Shown here: piece after piece, positions 27,071 through 38,201 of the stretch
Layout: the number at the start of each line of letters is the position of its first letter
How positions within the stretch are numbered: the stretch's first letter is position 1
Source: Azolla caroliniana
Taxonomy: Eukaryota; Plantae; Polypodiophyta
DNA length: 64,000 bases
Direction of reading: 5' to 3'
NCBI GenBank assembly: GCA_043228905.1
Contig: JBHGNT010000007.1
Coordinates: 9,672,001-9,736,000 of the forward strand
Notes under the pieces: model-generated
What the model saw: only the letters and a program-made list of their open reading frames with translations
Told to the model about the DNA's origin: nothing
Database searches by the model: none
Program-made: the position numbers and the translations under genes

Positions 27071-28873
27071 AATTATCAAATTAAATCTTGCCATAAATAT
27101 CTAAATAAATATTGCATGTTTGATTTATTCACGCTATTCCTAATCATTGAGGAATCTTGCGTTTCTACAATTTATGGTTAATTAAGATTTTATTTTATTT
27201 TAGAGAAAGAGCATTCAACTTTATCAACTCCGTACTTCATTGTAGTCTAGTTGGTTAGGATACTAGGCTTTCACCCGAGCAACCCAGGTTCAAGTCCCGA
27301 CAATGGAAACAACAAGTCTAGTTCAGGTTGGAGACATCTTTGACAGAAAAAGTCTGATAATTAACAAATACAATACATAAAACCTTGTGGTGACATAATC
27401 TACATGTAGTGGGTTACAACGGTTGCCTCGAATTCAAAATATCCATACGTATCGAATTTGAAAGGATAATACGTGTTGAAAAACCTAAAACATCTGATAT
27501 GACTTGCGAAACCGAAAGCGTCTCATGTGACTTGCGCATTCAAATTTAAGTCTTAGCATAGATAACTAATTAAATCTTGCCTGTTACAGTTATTCATTCT
27601 ATTCCAAATCATTGAGGAATCTCGCGTTTCTGCGATTTATTATTGTAAAGAAGCGATAGTGATGAGAAAGAACCTTTGACTCTATCAACTTTTTACTCCA
27701 TTGTAGACTTGTTGGTTACGATACTCGGCTTTCACCCGAGCAACCCGGGTTCAAGTCCCGGCAATGGAAACAACAAGTCTAGTACAGGTGGGAGACATCT
27801 TAGACGAAAAAAGTCTCATAATTAACAAATAGAAAACATAAAACCTTGTGGTGATATAATCTACATGTAGTGGGTTACAACGGTTGCCTCGAATTCGAAA
27901 TATCGATACATATCGAATTTGAAAGGATAATACCTGTTGAAAAACATAAAACGTCTTATATGACTTCCTAGACCTAAAGCGTCTTTTGTGGCTTGCGCAT
28001 TCAAAATTATGTCTTAGCATACATATCTAATTAAATGTTACCTGGTAGAATTATTCACTCTATTCCTAATCATTAAGGAATCTTGCATTTTTGCGATTTA
28101 TGATTATAAAGAATCGATGGTGATGAGAAAGAGCTTTCAATTCTATCAATTCCGTACTCGATTGTAGTCTAGTTGGTTAGGATACTCGGCTTTCACCCGA
28201 GCGACCCGGGTTCAAGTCCCGACAATGGAAATATCAAGTCTAGTTCAGGTTGCAGACATCTTAGACGAAAAAAGTTTCATAATTAACAAATCCAAGACAT
28301 AAAACCTTGTGGTGACATAATCTACATGTAGTGGATTACAACGGATGCCTCGAATTCGAAATATCCATACGTATCGAATTTGAAAGGATAATACATGTTT
28401 AAAAAACTAAAACATCTCACGTGACTTGCTCATTCAAAATTAAGTCTTAGCATAGATATCTAATTAAATCTTGCCGGTTAGAATTATTCACTCTATTCCT
28501 AATCATTGAGGAATATTTCGTTTTTGCAATTTATGATTGTAAAGAATCGATGGTGATGAGAAACAGCCTTCGACTCTATCAATTCCGAACTCCATTGTAG
28601 TCTAGTGGGTTAGGATACTCGGCTTTCACCAAAGTGACCCGGGTTCAAGTCCCGACAATGGAAACAACAAGTCTAGTTCAGGTTGCACACATCTTAAACG
28701 AAATAAGTCTCATAATTAACAAATACAAGACATAAAAGCTTGATGTGCATAATCTACATGTTACTCGGTTACAACGGTTGCCTAATCATTGAGGAATCTT
28801 GCGTTTCTGCGATTTATTATTGTAAAGAATCGATGGTGATGAGAAAGTGCCTTCAACTCTATCAATTCCGTAC

Positions 28874-28946
28874 TCCATTGTAGTCTAGTTGGTTAGGATA
28901 CTCGGCTTTCACCCGAGCGACCCGGGTTCAAGTCTCGGCAATGGAA
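28874..28946 (+). tRNA. tRNA-Glu(TTC)
   Basis: Consensus except one G-T pair in the T stem. Confidence 0.8.
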
Positions 28947-29488
28947 ATATCAAGTCTACTTTAGGTTTGAGACATCTTAGACGAAAAATCTCTCATAATT
29001 AACAAATACAACACATAAAACCTTGTGCTGACATAATCTACATGTGGATAGGATAGTCGGCTTTCACCCGAGCGACCCGGGTTCAAGTGTTCGCAATGGA
29101 AACAACAAGTCTAGTTCAGGTTGGAGACATCTTAGACAAAAAAAGTCTCAGAATTAACAAATACAAGACATAAAACCTTGTGGTGACATAATCTACCTGG
29201 CGTGGGTTGCAACGGATGCCTCGAATTCAAATATCTATTCGTATCGAATTTGAAAGTATAATATGTGTTGAAAAACCTAAAAAGTCTCATATTACTTACG
29301 AAACCTAAAGCGTCTCATGTTACTTGTGCACTTAAAATTAAGTCTTACCATAGACATCTAATTAAATCTTGCCTGTTAGAATTATTCACTCTATTCCTAA
29401 TCATTGTGGAATCTTGCGTTTCTGCGATTTATGGTTGTAAAGAATCGATGGTGATGAGAAAGAGCCTTCAACTCTATCAACTCTGTAC

Positions 29489-29561
29489 TCCATTGTAGTC
29501 TAGTTGGTTAGGATACTCGGCTTTCACCCGGGCGACCCGGGTTCAAGTCCCGGCAATGGAA
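29489..29561 (+). tRNA. tRNA-Glu(TTC)
   Basis: Consensus except one T-G pair in the anticodon stem. Confidence 0.8.
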
Positions 29562-31232
29562 ACAACAAGTCTAGTTCAGGTTGGACACATCTTAAATGAA
29601 ATAAGTCTCATAATTAACAAATACAAGACATAAAAGCTTGTTCTGCATAATCTACATGTACTCGGTTACAACGGTTGGCTAATCATTGAGGAATCTTGCG
29701 TTTCTGCGATTTATTATTGTATAGAAGCGATGGTGATGAGAAAGAACCTTTGACTCTATCAACTTTGTACTCCATTGTAGTCTAATTGGTTAGGATACTC
29801 AGCTTTCACCCGAGCGTCCCGGGTTCAAGTCCCGGCAATGGAAACAACAAGTCTAGTACATGTGGGAGACATCTTAGACTGAGAAAAAAGGTCTCATAAT
29901 TAACAAATACAAGACATAAAACCTTGTGGTGATATAATCTACATGTAGTGGGTTACAACGGTTGCCTCGAATTCGAAATATCGATACGGATCGAATTTGA
30001 AAGGATAATACCCGTTGAAAAAATAAAACGTCTTATATGACTTGCTAGACCTAAAGCGTCTTTGTCGATTGCGCATTCAAAATTATGTCTTAGCATACAT
30101 ATCTAATTAAATGTTGCCTGGTAGAATTATTCACTCTATGACTTGCTAGACCTAAAGCGTCTTTGTCGATTGCGCATTCAAAATTATGTCTTAGCATACA
30201 TATCTAATTAAATGTTGCCTGGTAGAATTATTCACTCTATTCCTAATTAGTGGGGAATCTTGCGTTTCTGCGATTTATGGTTGTAAAGAATCGATGGTAA
30301 TGAGAAAAAGCCTTCAAGATTATCAACTTCGTACTCCATTGTAGTCTAGTTGGTTAGGATACTCAGCTTTCACCCGAGCGACCCGGGTTCAAGTCCCGGC
30401 AATGGAAATATCAAGTCTAGTTCAGGTTGGAGACATCTTAGACGAATAATCTCGCATAATTAACAAATACAACATATAAAACCTTGTGGTGACATAATGT
30501 ACATGTGGATAGGATAGTCGGCTTTCACCTGAGCGACCCGGGTTCAAGTCTTCGCAATGGACACAACAAGTCTAGTTCAGGTTGGAGACATCTTACACGA
30601 AAAAAGTCTCATAATTAACAAATACAAGACATAAAACCTTGTGGTGACATAATCTACATGGAGTGGGTTACAACGGATGCCTCGAATTCAAAATATCCAT
30701 ATGTATCGAATTTGAAAGTATAATATGTGTTGAAAAAATTAAAAAATCTCATATTACTTATGAAACCTAAAGCGTCTCATGTTACTTGTGCACTTAAAAT
30801 TAAGTCTTACCATAGACATCTAATTAAATATTGCCTGTTAGAATTATTCATTCTATTCCGAATCATTGTGGAATCTTGATTCTCTGCGATTTATGGTTGT
30901 AAAGAATCGAGTGTGATGAGGAAGAGCCTTCAACTCTTTCAACTCCGTACTCCATTGTAGTCTAGTTGTTTAGGATACTCGGTTTTCACCCGAGCGACCC
31001 GGGTTCAAGCCCCGGCAATGGAAACAACAAGTCTAGTTCAGGTTTGAGACATCTTAAATGAACTAAGTCTCATAATTAACATATACAAGACATAAAAGAT
31101 TGTTGTGCATAATCTACATTTACTCGGTTACAACGTTTGCCTAATCATTGAGGAATCTTACGTTTCTGCGATTTATTATTGTAAAGAAGCGATGGTGATG
31201 AGAAAGAACCTTTGACTCTATCAACTTTGTAC

Positions 31233-31305
31233 TCCATTGTAGTCTAGTTGGTTAGGATACTCGGCTTTTACCCGAGCGACCCAGGTTCAAGTCCCGGCAA
31301 TGGAA
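31233..31305 (+). tRNA. tRNA-Glu-derived copy with TTT anticodon (probable pseudogene)
   Basis: Loop CTTTTAC; T stem CCAGG/CCCGG mismatch. Confidence 0.55.
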
Positions 31306-33018
31306 ACAACAAGTCTAGTACAGGTGGGAGACATCTTAGACGGAAAAAGTCTCATAATTAACAAATACAAGTTATAAAACCTTGTGGTGATATAATCTAC
31401 ATGTACTGGGTTACAACGGTTGCCTCGAATTCGAAATATCGATACGTATCGAATTTGAAAGGATAATACCTGTTGAAAAACATAAAACGTCTTATATGAC
31501 TTGCTAGACCTAAAGCGTCTTTTCTGGCTTGCGCATTCAAAATTATGTCCTAGCATACATATCTAATTAAATGTTGCTTGGTAGAATTATTCACTCTATT
31601 CCTAATCAGTGGGGAATCTTGCGTTTCTGCGATTTATGGTTGTAAAGAACGACGGTAATGAGAAAGAGCCTTCAAGATTATCAACTTCGTACTGCATTGT
31701 AGTCTAGCTGGTTAGGATACTCGGCTTTCACCCGAGCGACCCGGGTTCAAGTCCCGGCAATGGAAATATCATGTCTAGTTTAGTTTGGAGACATCTTAGA
31801 CGAAAAATCTCTCATAATTAACAAATACAACACATAAAACCTTGTGGTGACATAATCTACATGTGGATAGGATTGTCGGCTTTCACCCGAGCGACTCGGG
31901 TTCAAGTCTTCGCAATGGAAACAACAAGTCTAGTTCAGGTTGGAGACAGGTAAGACGAAAAAAGTCTCATAATTAACAAATACAAGACATAAAACCTTGT
32001 GGTGACACAATCTACATGGAGTGGGTTACAACGGATGCCTCGAATTCAAAATATCCATACGTATCGAATTTGAAAGTATAATATGTGTTGAAAAACCTAA
32101 AAAGTTTCATATTACTTACGAAACCTAAAGCGTCTCATGTTACTTGGGCACTTAAAATTAAGTCTTACCATAGACATCTAATTAAATATTGCCTGTTAGA
32201 ATTATTCAGTCTATTCCTAGTCATTGTGGAATCTTGCGTTTCTGCGATTTATGGTTGTAAAGAATCGATGGTGATGAGAAAGTGCCTTCAACTCTATCAA
32301 TTCCGTACTCCTAATTAGTGGGGAATCTTGCGTTTCTGCGGTTTATGGTTGTAAAGAATCGATGGTAATGAGATAGAGCCTTCAAGATTATCAACTTCGT
32401 ACTCCATTGTAGTCTAGCTGGTTAGGATAGTCGGCTTTCACCCGAGCGTGCCGGGTTCAAGTCCCGGCAATGGAAATATCAAGTCTAGTTTAGGTTGGAG
32501 ACATCTTAGACAAAAAATCTCTCATAATTAACAAATAGAACACGTAAAACCTTGTGGTGACATAATCTACATGTGGATAGGATAGTCGGCTTTCACCCGA
32601 GCGACCTGTGTTCAAGTCTTCGCAATGGAAATATCAAGTCTAGTTCAGGTTGGAGACATCTTAGACGAAAAATCTCTCATAATTAACAAATACAAGACAT
32701 AAAACCTTGTGGTGACATAATCTACATGGAGTGGGTTACAACGGATGCCTCGAATTCAAAATGTCCATACGTATCGAATTTGAAAGTATAATATGTGTTG
32801 AAAAACCTAAAAAGTTTCATATTACTTACGAAACCTAAAGCGTCTCATGTTACTTGGGCACTTAAAATTAAGTCTTACCATACACATCTAATTAAATATT
32901 TCCTGTTAGAATTATTCACTCTATTCCTAGTCATTGTGGAATCTTGCGTTTCTGCGATTTATGGTTGTAAAGAATCGATGGTGATGAGAAAGTGCCTTCA
33001 ACTCTATCAATTCCGTAC

Positions 33019-33091
33019 TCCATTGTAGTCTAGGTGGTTAGGATACTCGGCTTTCACCCGAGCGACCCGGGTTCAAGTCCCGGCAATGGAA
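33019..33091 (+). tRNA. tRNA-Glu(TTC)
   Basis: Consensus except one D-loop substitution. Confidence 0.82.
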
Positions 33092-33536
33092 ACAACAAGT
33101 CTAGTTCAGGATGGAGACATCTTAGACGGGAAAAGTCTCATAATTAACAAATACAAGACATAAAACCTTGTGGTGACATAATCTACATGTAGCGGGTTAC
33201 AACTGTTGCATCGAATTCAAAATATCCATACGTATCGAATTCGAAAGGATAATACGTGTTGAAAAACCGAAAAAGTCTTATATTACTTGCGAAACCTAAA
33301 TCGTGTCATGTTACTTGCGCACTTAAAATTAAGTCTTAGTATAGACATCTAATTAAATCTTGTCATGTTACTTGCGCACTTACAATTAAGTCTTAGCATA
33401 GACATCTAATTAAATCTTGGCTGTTAGAATTATTCACTATTGTCCTAGTCATTAAGGAATCTTGCATTTTTGCGATTTACGATTCTAAAGAATCGATGGT
33501 GATGAGAAAGAGCTTTCAATTCTATTAATTCCGTAC

Positions 33537-33609
33537 TCCATTGTAGTCTAGTTGGTTAGGATACTCGGCTTTCACCTGAGCGACCCGGGTTCAAGTCCCG
33601 GCAATGGAA
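33537..33609 (+). tRNA. tRNA-Glu(TTC), G30-T40 variant
   Basis: CTCGG/CTGAG stem. Confidence 0.82.
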
Positions 33610-34585
33610 ATATCAAGTCTAGTTCAGGTTGCAGACATCTTAGACGAAAAAAGTCTCATAATTAACAAATCCAAGACATAAAACCTTGTGGTGACATAAT
33701 CTACATGTAGTGGATTACAACGGATGCCTCGAATTCAAAATATCCATACGTATCGAATTTGGAAGGATAATACGTGTTGAAAAAGCTAAAACATCTCACG
33801 TGCCTTGCGCATTCAAAATTATGTCTTAGCATACAGATCTAATTAAATGTTGCCTGGTAGAATTATTCACTCTATTCCTAATCAGTGGGGAATCTTGCGT
33901 TTCCGCGATATATGGTTGTAAAGAATCGATGGTAATGAGAAAGAGCCTTCAAGATTATCAACTTCGTACTCCATTGTAGACTAGTTGGTTAGGATACTCG
34001 GCTTTCACCCGAGCGACCCAGGTTCAAGTCCCGGCAATGGAAATATCAAGTCTAGTTTAGGTTGGAGACATCTTAGACGAAAAATCTCTCATAATTAACA
34101 AATACAACACATAAAACCTTGTGGTGACATAATCTACATGTGGATAGGATAGTCGGTTTTCACCCGAGCGACTCGGGTTCAAGTCTTCGCAACGGAAACA
34201 ACAAGTCTAGTTCAGGTTGGAGACATCTTAAACGAAAAAAGTCTCATAATTAACAAATACAAGACATAAAACCTTGTGGTGACATAATCTACATGGAGTG
34301 GGTTACAACGGATGCCTCGAATTCAAAATATCCATACGTATCGAATTTGAATGTATAATATGTGTTGAAAAACCTAAAGAGTGTCATATTACTTACAAAA
34401 CCTAAAGCGTCTCATGCTACTTGTGCACTTAAAATTAAGTCTTACCATAGACATCTAATTAAATATTGCCTGTTAGAATTATTCACTCTATTCCTAGTCA
34501 TTGTGGAATCTTGCGTTTCTGCGATTTATGGTTGTAAAGAATCGATGGTGATGAGAAAGTGCCTTCAACTCTATCAATTCCGTAC

Positions 34586-34658
34586 TCCATTGTAGTCTAG
34601 TTGGTTAGGATACTCGGCTTTCACCCGAGCGACCCGGGTTCAAGTCCCGGCAATGGAA
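34586..34658 (+). tRNA. tRNA-Glu(TTC), perfect consensus
   Basis: Identical to consensus. Confidence 0.9.
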
Positions 34659-35103
34659 ACAACAAGTCAAGTTCAGGTTGGAGACATCTTAGACGAGAAA
34701 AGTTTCATAATTAACAAATACAAGACATAAAACCTTGTGGTGACATAATCTACATGTAGCGGGTTACAACTGTTGCATCGAATTCAAAATATCCATACGT
34801 ATCGAATTTGAAAGGATAATACGTGTTGAAAAACCGAAAAAGTCTTATATTACTTGCGAAACCTAAATCGTGTCATGTTACTTGCACACTTAAAATTAAG
34901 TCTTAGCATAGACATCTAATTAAATCTTGTCATGTTACTTGCGCACTTAAAATTAAGTCTTAGCATAGACATCTAATTAAATCTTGGCTGTTAGAATTAT
35001 TCACTCTAGTCCTAATCATTAAGGAATCTTGCATTTTTGCGATTTATGATTCTAAAGAATCGATGGTGATGAGAAAGAGCTTTCAACTCTATTAATTCCG
35101 TAC

Positions 35104-35176
35104 TCCATTGTAGTCTAGTTGGTTAGGATACTCGGCTTTCACCTGAGCGACCCGGGTTCAAGTCCCGGCAATGGAA
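35104..35176 (+). tRNA. tRNA-Glu(TTC), G30-T40 variant
   Basis: CTCGG/CTGAG stem. Confidence 0.82.
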
Positions 35177-35536
35177 ATATCAAGTCTAGTTCAGGGTGCA
35201 GACATCTTAGACGAAAAAAGCCTCATAATTAAAAAATCCAAGACATAAAACCTTGTGGTGACATAATCTACATGTAGTGGATTACAACGGATGCCTCGAA
35301 TTAAAAATATCCATACGTATCGAATTTGAAAGGATAATACGTGTTGAAAAAGCTAAAACATCTCACGTGCCTTGCGCATTCAAAATTATGTCTTAGCATG
35401 CATATCTAATTAAATGTTGCCTGGTAGAATTATTCACTCTATTCCTAATCAGTGGTGAATCTTGCGTTTCCGCGATTTATGGTTGTAAAGAATCGATGGT
35501 AATGAGAAAGAGCCTTCAAGATTATCAACTTCGTAC

Positions 35537-35609
35537 TCCATTGTAGTCTAGTTGGTTAGGATACTCGGCTTTCACCCGAGCGACCCGGGTTCAAGTCCCG
35601 GCAATGGAA
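35537..35609 (+). tRNA. tRNA-Glu(TTC), perfect consensus
   Basis: Identical to consensus. Confidence 0.9.
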
Positions 35610-36895
35610 ATAACAAGTCTAGTTCAGGTTGGACACATCTTAAACGAAATAAGCCTCATAATTAACAAAGACAAGACATAAAAGCTTGTTGTGCATAATC
35701 TACATGTACTCGGTTACAACGGTTGCCTAATCATTGAGGAATCTTGCGTTTCTGCGATTTGTTATAGTAAAGAAGCGATGGTGATGAGAAAGAACCTTTG
35801 ACTCTATGAACTTTGTACTCCATTGTAGTCTAGTTGGTTAGGATACTCGGCTTTCACACGAGCGACCCGGGTTCAAGTCCCGGCAATGGAAACAACAAGT
35901 CTAGTACTGGTGGGAGACATCTTAGACGTAAAAAGTCTCATAATTAACAAATACAAGACATAAAACCTTGTGGTGATATAATCTACATGTAGTGGGTTAC
36001 AACGGTTGCCTCGAATTCGAAATATCGATACGTATCGAATTTGAAAGGATAATACCCGTTGAAAAACATAAAACGTCTTATATGACTTGCTAGACCTAAA
36101 GCGTCTTTTGTGGCTTGCGCATTCAAAATTATGTCTTAGCATACATATCTAATTAAATGTTGCCTGGTAGAATTATTCACTCTATTCCTAATTAGTGGGG
36201 AATCTTGCGTTTCTGCGATTTATGGTTGTAAAGAATCGATGGTAATGAGAAAGAGCCTTCAAGATTATCAACTTCGTACTCCATTGTAGTCTAGTTGGTT
36301 AGGATAGTCGGCTTTCACCCGAGCGACCCGGGTTCAAGTCCCGGCAATAAAAATATCAAGTCTAGTTTAGGTTGGAGACATCTTAGACGAAAAATCTCTC
36401 ATAATTAACAAATACAACACATAAAACCTTGTGGTGACATAATCTACATGTGGATAGGATAGTCGGCTTTCACCCGAGCGACTCGGGTTCAAGTCTTCGC
36501 AATGGAAACAACAAGTCTAGTTCAGGTTGGAGACATCTTAGACGAAAAAAGTCTCATAATTAACAAATACAAGACATAAAACCTTGTGGTGACATAATCT
36601 ACATGGAGTGGGTTACAACGGATGCCTTGAATTCAAAATATCCATACGTATCGAATTTGAAAGTATAATATGTGTTGAAAAACCTAAAGAGTTTCATATT
36701 ACTTACGAAACCTAAAGCGTCTCATGTTACTTGGGCACTTAAAATTAAGTCTTACCATAGACATCTAATTAAATATTGCCTGTTAGAATTATTCACTCTA
36801 TTCCTAGTCATTGTGGAATCTTGCGTTTCTGCGATTTATGGTTGTAAAGAATCGATGGTGATGAGAAAGTGCCTTCAACTCTATCAATTCCGTAC

Positions 36896-36968
36896 TCCAT
36901 TGTAGTCTAGTTGGTTAGGATACTCGGCTTTCACCCGAGCGACCCGGGTTCAAGTCCCGGCAATGGAA
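36896..36968 (+). tRNA. tRNA-Glu(TTC), perfect consensus
   Basis: Identical to consensus; CAA motif at -11. Confidence 0.9.
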
Positions 36969-37413
36969 ACAACAAGTCTAGTTCAGGTTGGAGACATCTT
37001 AGACGAGAAAAGTCTCATAATTAACAAATACAAGACATAAAACCTTGTGGTGACATAATGTACATGTAGCGGGTTACAACTGTTGCTTCAAATTCAAAAT
37101 ATCCATACGTATCGAATTTGAAAGGATAATACGTGTTGAAAAACCGAAAAAGTCTTATATTACTTGCGAAACCTAAATCGTGTCATGTTACTTGCGCACT
37201 TAAAATTAAGTCTTAGCATAGACATCTAATTAAATCTTTTCATGTTACTTGCGCACTTAAAATTAAGTCTTAGCATAGATATCTAAATAAATCTTGCCTG
37301 TTAGAATTATTCACTCTAGTCCTAATCATTAAGGAATCTTGCATTTTTGCGATTTATGATTATAAAGAATCGATGGTGATGAGAAAGAGCTTTCAACTCT
37401 ATTAATTCCGTAC

Positions 37414-37486
37414 TCCATTGTAGTCTAGTTGGTTAGGATACTCGGCTTTCACCTGAGCGACCCGGGTTCAAGTCCCGGCAATGGAA
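37414..37486 (+). tRNA. tRNA-Glu(TTC), G30-T40 variant
   Basis: CTCGG/CTGAG stem. Confidence 0.82.
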
Positions 37487-37846
37487 ATATCAAGTCTAGT
37501 TCAGGGTGCAGACATCTTAGACGAAAAAAGCCTCATAATTAACAAATCCAAGACATAAAACCTTGTGGTGACATAATCTACATGTAGTGGATTACAACGG
37601 ATGCCTCGAATTCAAAATATCCATACGTATCGAATTTGAAAGGATAATACGTGTTGAAAAAGCTAAAACATCTCACGTGCCTTGCGCATTCAAAATTATG
37701 TCTTAGCATACATATCTAATTAAATGTTGCCTGGTAGAATTATTCACTCTATTCCTAATCAGTGGGGAATCTTGCGTTTCCGCGATTTATGGTTGTAAAG
37801 AATCGATGGTAATGAGAAAGAGCCTTCAAGATTATCAACTTCGTAC

Positions 37847-37919
37847 TCCATTGTAGTCTAGTTGGTTAGGATACTCGGCTTTCACCCGAGCGACCCGGGT
37901 TCAAGTCCCGGCAATGGAA
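37847..37919 (+). tRNA. tRNA-Glu(TTC), perfect consensus
   Basis: Identical to consensus. Confidence 0.9.
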
Positions 37920-38128
37920 ACAACAAGTCTAGTTCAGGTTGGACACATCTTAAACGAAATAAGTCTCATAATTAACAACGACAAGACATAAAAGCTTGTT
38001 GTGCATAATCTACATGTACTCGGTTACAACGGTTGCCTAATCATTGAGGAATCTTGCGTTTCTGCGATTTGTTATAGTAAAGAAGCGATGGTGATGAGAA
38101 AGAACCTTTGACTCTATGAACTTTGTAC

Positions 38129-38201
38129 TCCATTGTAGTCTAGTTGGTTAGGATACTCGGCTTTCACCCGAGCGACCCGGGTTCAAGTCCCGGCAATGGA
38201 A
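38129..38201 (+). tRNA. tRNA-Glu(TTC), perfect consensus
   Basis: Identical to consensus. Confidence 0.9.

Noticed and set aside
36896-36968. Plastid trnE (tetrapyrrole pathway) or organellar insertion
   Set aside because: The sequence is of the eukaryotic cytosolic Glu type (TCC..TGTAGTCTAG...), and no organellar genes flank it
36850-37400. tRNA-snoRNA dicistron (GTGATGA resembles a C box)
   Set aside because: The motif sits ~35 nt upstream of the tRNA, varies to GTAATGA, and has no conserved D box or terminal stem
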